Positions 58,406 through 64,000 of a stretch of 64,000 bases of DNA are shown in pieces. The notes beneath the pieces are model-generated. The model had not been told where the DNA came from. It saw only the letters and a program-made list of their open reading frames with translations, and searched no databases. Positions within the stretch are counted from its first letter, which is position 1, and every line of letters starts with the position of its first letter. Source of the stretch: Sphyrna mokarran (Eukaryota); assembly GCA_024679065.1 (NCBI GenBank), contig JAGIQG010000020.1:8928001-8992000 (forward strand), in the 5' to 3' direction. Position numbers and translations under genes: made by a program.

Positions 58406-59569
58406 AAAAATCCGAAGCAACACCATGTAATCCGTTATCTTGTGAAAGCTAAATTCATGATTAAGGTTACACACCCGAAATGTCAGAATCAGTCTATCTC
58501 CATGCAGATCCCGATTCGATAAGTGCCTCCAGCATATTGCGTGTTTTTTTTCTGAAATATTTCAATGATTTACCTGAGATTTGTTTCCTACATTTTCAAT
58601 ATTATCTCACACCTTCTCTCATTTTCTCAAAAGAAACGGTTTATATAATATTTGTGAAAATTAAAGCAAGAAATAATCATGTATTTAATAAACAATTTAG
58701 GCTTTTAGTTTCTGATCGTTGGTGGAATTCAGGCAAATCGTTGAGGACAGATAGCACAGGAGCAGTGAGTTCTTAAACTACTGCCAGCTTTGGGGAGTTC
58801 CGTAGTCTACGATTTGCAATGCATTTTGGAATTCTGTCAATAGCCTCCAATATTGCAGTGTTATGTTCTCCCAACTGAACTTGGTAGTTTGTCCACTCTA
58901 CATACAGCCAGGCTTTCCAGTATCTCTTGATCCAGTTTGAGCCCAGCCTGCCCAGCACCTGAACTCTGACTGTGATATATTCACAGCAGCAGCTCCAAAC
59001 TTTCAAATTGTTAGCATTGTAACATCAGAGAATTTTAGTGTTTTGCATTATCTGGAAATGGAATAGCAGTTTTCCCTTAACTCTTGATTATCCGCAATTA
59101 ACTCTATACAACAAAGTCAGTTCTATTGTGTGATGGTTGGAAATGCTTTTCTCCATTGATGCAATGTGGTTCATCACCACCAGAGGACAGCAGAGTTCTT
59201 TGTAAGTCAGATTCATTAGTCCAACAAAAGAACGTTGTACAAAAGCAGCATAGAATGTAAAAGAATTCACATAAACACGAGACCAATATGAAGTTGCCAA
59301 TGTGGAAATTTGATTAGGTGTTTATAATACATTGCTTTGCAATGACCAAGGATTTTTTGGAAGCAGCTTCCAAACCTGCAACTTTTATCACCTCGAAGGA
59401 CAAGGGCAATAGACGCGTGGGGACATGCATTGCTCCCCTCGAAGTCACCATCCTGAATTCATTCCTTTACCGTACTCTATCAAATCCTGGAACTCACTCT
59501 GTCACAGCACTGTTCCTATACCATATGATGTGGAGATCCGGCGTTCTGCTGGGGTGGCTACAGTAACCT

Positions 59570-59730
59570 CAAAACACAGGTTAAAGTCCAACAGGTTTAT
59601 TTATATAAAGATCTTTCAGACCCCTGCTCCTCCATCAGGTGAGCCACCTGAAGAAGGAGCAGCGTTCCGAAAGCTTGTGATATTAAATAAGCCCCTGTTG
59701 AATTTTAACATGATGTTGTGAGACTTCTTA
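59570..59730. mobile_element. Inverted pair of Penelope-like terminal repeats
   Basis: caggttaaagtccaacaggtttattt...catcaggtg faces cacctgaagaaggagcagcgttccgaaagc...aaataagcccctgttgaattttaac. Confidence 0.55.
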
Positions 59731-61299
59731 CTATGCCATATGAACTGCAATGGCTCAGACAGCCAGCTCGCTACTACCTATTCAACTGCAATTAGGCAAT
59801 GGCAATAAATGTTGTTCTAACCAGCAATAAGCATAGCATGTAAAAGAATATATAGATATTTAAAACTGTAGGAAGTGTGTCTTTTTTTTAGAAATTAAAT
59901 TACAAGAATGGATTTCTTGATAAATTTAATGCCTTGTCGAAGGACAGAACTAACGACGAAAACAGAACATGATGGAAATCCTCTCTGTGGCGAGCATGTA
60001 GTTAAGTTTCAGCTCGTGGACCATTTATCAGTACTGGGAAAAGTTAGTGTTGTAACAGGTTTTGAGTAAGACCTGTGTGGGACAAGGGTAAAAAAGTGTG
60101 TCTGTGATAGGGTGAAAGACAGGAGAGATTAAATTACATCTTACTGGTCAAAGACAATAGAGATGGGACAAAACAAAACGAAGAAGCTAAAGATGTGCCT
60201 ATGGTGCGATTGCCTGATAGGAAAAATAAGAGGAAAAAAACCAAACATACAAAGCGAAGGAAACAAAATGGGATCAGAGTCGTGCTTTGAAGATGCTGAA
60301 CTCAATTTTGAGACCAAAAGGCCATAAGTGTGTAACTGAAAGGCGAGATGCTATCCTTCAAATTTGCATTGAACTTCATTGGAACACTGCACCAGGCTAA
60401 GGACAGAGTTGTCAGTGTGGGAGTGAAGTGCAGGATTGTAGTGACTGACCACCAGGAGGTCAAATCATGCTTGTGGATTGAACATATGTGATCCACAGAG
60501 AAGTCATCAAATCTACCTTTGGTTTCCCCGCTGCAGGGGAAATCACATTGTGATCAGTGAATACAGCACACTAAATTGCAAGTAGTACATGTAAATCACT
60601 ACTTCATCTGGAGAGTTTAGGCTTTGGACAGTGAGGAGTTAGAAGATAAAGGGGCAAGTGCTGCATTTTCTGCATTTGCATGGCGAGATGCTGTCAGAAG
60701 TGGATTGATTTGGGGTGTATGGAGGAATAGAACAGGGTATCACAGAGAGTGCTATTCCTACGGATTGCTGCAAGGGGAAGGGAAAGATGGTCTTGATGGG
60801 GGGATGACACTTCAGGTGATAAAAAGAACAGAAAATTATCCTTTGAACAGTAAGGCTAGTGAGGTGAAAGGTGAGGACAAGAGGAACTCTATCATGGCTC
60901 TGGGAAGGAGAGAAAGGTGTGGGAGCAGAAGTGCAGGAAATATTGTGGACATGGTTGAGAGCCTTGTCAATAATGCTGGAAGAAATCCTCGGTTAAGGAA
61001 AAAATAAGACATCTCAAACATTGACGTGGAAATTTATATCATTGGAACAGATATGACAGAGACAGAGGTATTGGGACAATGGAATGGAATCCTTGCAAGT
61101 TGTTAGGTGTGAAGAATTGAGTTAGACGACTTAGGGCTACTATCACGGCCCCCACTGTGATCTCCTCTACAACTGGGGAGACCAGGCACACATTTCATGA
61201 CCACTTTTCAGAAAACCTCCAATCCACAAGTACGACTCAAAACTATTGTTTGCCATTTTAATTCAACTCTCACACTCATATCCCTGGGCCTTCTGCATT

Positions 61300-61800
61300 G
61301 CTGTGAAGATGCCGGCGTTGGACTGGAGAAAATACAGTAAGAAGTCTCACAACACCAGGTTAAAAATCCAACCAGTTTATTTTATAGTAAGCCCACAAAC
61401 TGTTCCGTCTTCAGGCGTGTGGAAAGTTTTGATCAGAGAAGGGTATATAAAGGCACACAGTTTACAGAATACTGATTAGAATGCGACTCTTTACAGCCAA
61501 CCTGCTAATCAAATCTTAAAGGTGCAGATAATGTGATTGGAGATAGCATTAGACATAGGTTAAAGAGATATGTATTATCTCCAGATTGGACAGTAAGTGA
61601 GATGTTGAAAGTTCAGACAAATCATGGGGGTTACAGATAGTGTGACATGAACCCAAGATCCCGGTTGAAGCCATCCTCATGTGTGCGGAACTTGGCTATC
61701 AGTCTCTGCTCAGTGAGTCTGCACTGTCTTGTGTCATGAAGGCCGCCTTGGAAAATGTTTACCCAAAGATCAGAAGCCGAATACCCGTAACCGCTGCATT
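61300..61800 (-). mobile_element. Penelope-like element 3' part
   Basis: Minus strand encodes EQRLIAKFRTHEDGFNRDLGFMSHY, followed by the terminal repeat also seen at 34920-35195. Confidence 0.65.
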
Positions 61801-62149
61801 GCCCCAGTTAAGCTCAACACCAGATCGACGAACAGCTCCTTATCCTCCGATTAAGCAACTTTTCAGCCTTCTGGATTCAACACTGAGTTCAACAATTTCA
61901 GACGGTGAACTCGCCTCCCATTTTGCTTTTTTTTCCACCAGGTGCCAGTTTGAATTGTGTCTTGTATTTTTGATTTTGGACAGAGCTGTCAATTATTCTG
62001 GCATTTACACTCACTCTGGATAAATGATTTGCCTCAAATAAATGCAGAAAATACTAGAAAAATTCATCAGGCCAGACAACATTTGTGGAGAGAGAAAGAG
62101 TGGAAACATTTTTTCTGCTTCTCTTTCTACGGGCGCTGTCAGCATTTTC

Positions 62150-62420
62150 ATAGAATCATACAGTGCAAAAGGATGCCATTCAGTGCACAGACCACAACCC
62201 CACCCAATAGCTAGCCCCACAATTTAGCCTAGCTAGCCCCCCTGACACTAAGGGGCAATTTAACGTGGCCAGTCCATCTGAGCCGCACTTTGGAAGGAAA
62301 CCGGAACACCCGACGGAAACCACGGGGAAAATGTGCAAACTCCACGCAGACAGTAACCCATCGAACCGGGGTCCCTGGAGCTTTGAGGCAGCAGTGCTAA
62401 CGACTATGCCACAGTGCCGT
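62150..62420 (-). mobile_element. HE1/V-SINE-like element
   Basis: catagaatcatacagtgca tail, SINE core, and a reverse tRNA-like head (atcgaaccggggtccctgg...gcagcagtgctaa). Confidence 0.7.
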
Positions 62421-63783
62421 CTATTTTTATTTTAGATTTCCAGCATTTGCAGTATTTTGCTTGTGTTCAAATAACCTAACATTGCTATTCATTTTTAACC
62501 TTGCTATTTCAGTCCTCCCAAACTTTCCCTTTTCTTATTCCTCCTCTTCTGTTACGGCGACTTAAAAGTCTACCCAATTACTACTTTCTGAAAAAGAAAC
62601 CAAATTCGGCTCAGAACACTTTCTGTCTTCAGGAATCCTGCCAGAGGCTCTGAGTATGTCTAACAATTCATTTGCTTGGACAGAAGGATTGCTCCCATGC
62701 TTTCCTCCCCAGCTTGTTCCTTCAGCGGTCCTTTCCAGGTAGGTGGTTTTCTCACTGAGGGCAGCAATGCCAATTCGGAACTTCCGTAGCTTACCACATC
62801 ATTGTAATTCCCTTCAGACTCCCCACGAATTGCCGAATGGTGCAAATTGCAAAATGGAAAGTTTCATTCCTTCGACCACGAAGCTGAGTGTGGTGCCCTG
62901 GCCGGAAGAAAGTGGCATCACCGCACACCAGGTGCCTTGAAAGAAATAAAATTAGACCGCAGAAGAAATAATGTAATGGTTATTGTTCATGTCCGCGGAC
63001 CTCGACAGCGAATTCGTGTCTGTGGGGAGCTGGGGGAAAAAGAGGAATGCAGAGATTCCAATTCAGAAATGGTCACTGTTCCACAATTATCCTGAATGCA
63101 GATATATTCTATAGGCTCACTTCCTTGTACCAGCTACTGTGTCCCCCCTCCGCCCCCAACCACCCCCCAATTACCCCTTCATTACTGTCTGTGTGACTGG
63201 CAGGAACCGAGAGAAATAATGCATTGTCATTGAGTGGAATGTTCCAAACTGCCTCTCTGAGCTTACCTCCCACCAGAATCTATATTTATTCATCTACTCA
63301 CAAAGCGAAGGCTTTCGTAGTTTGAATTCGACGCAGAAATTAATGTTGATTTTACCGACAATTGTGGAAAAAAATTAACTTTCGTTAAACTGGATTTACT
63401 TTCATTCAACGTTTCTCTAGATGCGTTTGGACCAATTGGAACTTATCAATCATGCAACGATTAAACAGGGCTGAATGTGAAAGGGTGAAGGGGAGGAATC
63501 AAAGCCTCTTTGATGATGTTTCTGCACTGCAGCAGTTCGGTGCTGGATATCACAAGTTTCAACGTTGCTCCTTGCGGTGGGAGTCTGTTTATCTGACAAT
63601 ACACAGCACAGTATTGGGCTTCAAAACCCACACGTAACTAGTAAGCGGCGGCGGCGGGTTATCTGCAAACTCCCCACGTCCCACATCCGCACGCAGCAGT
63701 GAGAAAGATGAACAGAAGCCAAGTGTCTCACCTTCTGCTAACTCTTACAAATCTTAATACTGGTGTTCTGTCGTCTCCTTAAC

Positions 63784-64000
63784 ATGAACGGCCTGACATT
63801 AATATGGATACACACGTCGAGTTTCTGGCCAGTCTGGATGCTGAGTGTCGCTGAAGGGATTTCCATTGACCAGAGGCCAGATGTTGTCGATGTGGCCGAA
63901 GGAGGTGCAGCAAATTTGACCTGTATGTATTCTGCTGCTGAAATTAAAGACTTTGAAATCAACTGGATGCACCAACCAAATGGAACTCATCAGTCCTATA
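63784..64000 (+). CDS. V-set Ig superfamily protein, N-terminal part (truncated by window end)
   Basis: Open frame MNGLTLIWIHTSSFWPVWMLSVAEG-ISIDQRPDVVDVAEGGAANLTCMYSAAEIKDFEINWMHQPNGTHQSY: signal-like N-terminus, A-strand Q-x-P, EG..A.LTC B-strand Cys, and C-strand Trp 14 residues later. Not in the ORF track because no stop falls inside the window. Confidence 0.75.
   Translation, partial: MNGLTLIWIHTSSFWPVWMLSVAEGISIDQRPDVVDVAEGGAANLTCMYSAAEIKDFEINWMHQPNGTHQSY

Noticed and set aside
63708-63782. Short upstream ORF MNRSQVSHLLLTLTNLNTG as an alternative leader exon for the V-set gene
   Set aside because: Weak donor (GTGTTC), weak acceptor tract and poor hydrophobic core; not excluded, but not supportable.

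Overview
Vertebrate genomic DNA, almost certainly from a cartilaginous fish (shark). This is inferred from cluster-type immunoglobulin genes and a background of CR1 and RTE LINEs, Penelope-like elements and HE1/V-SINE-like repeats. The window holds three Ig light-chain miniloci. Two germline-joined lambda (type II/NS3-like) L-VJ-C clusters lie on the minus strand inside a ~17-19 kb tandem duplication. Cluster 1 (10860-14349) has an open frame but lacks the C-terminal interchain Cys; cluster 2 (27823-31300) is a pseudogene. A third, divergently oriented plus-strand cluster (51701-58160) is also lambda-like but is not joined: V is followed by a 23-RSS and J is preceded by a 12-RSS, the lambda-type arrangement. 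Its only visible lesion is a TGG>TGA stop at the conserved V-domain Trp. An unannotated V-set IgSF reading frame (leader plus V, possibly NCR3/NKp30-like) starts at 63784 and runs off the window. Other structure includes a CTCF-consensus motif conserved once per duplicated unit, a ~500 bp foldback element with divergent CTCF-like motifs between the two gene orientations, and a complex inverted duplication at 8.6-9.4 kb. All alignments and counts were done by eye; repeat boundaries are approximate.
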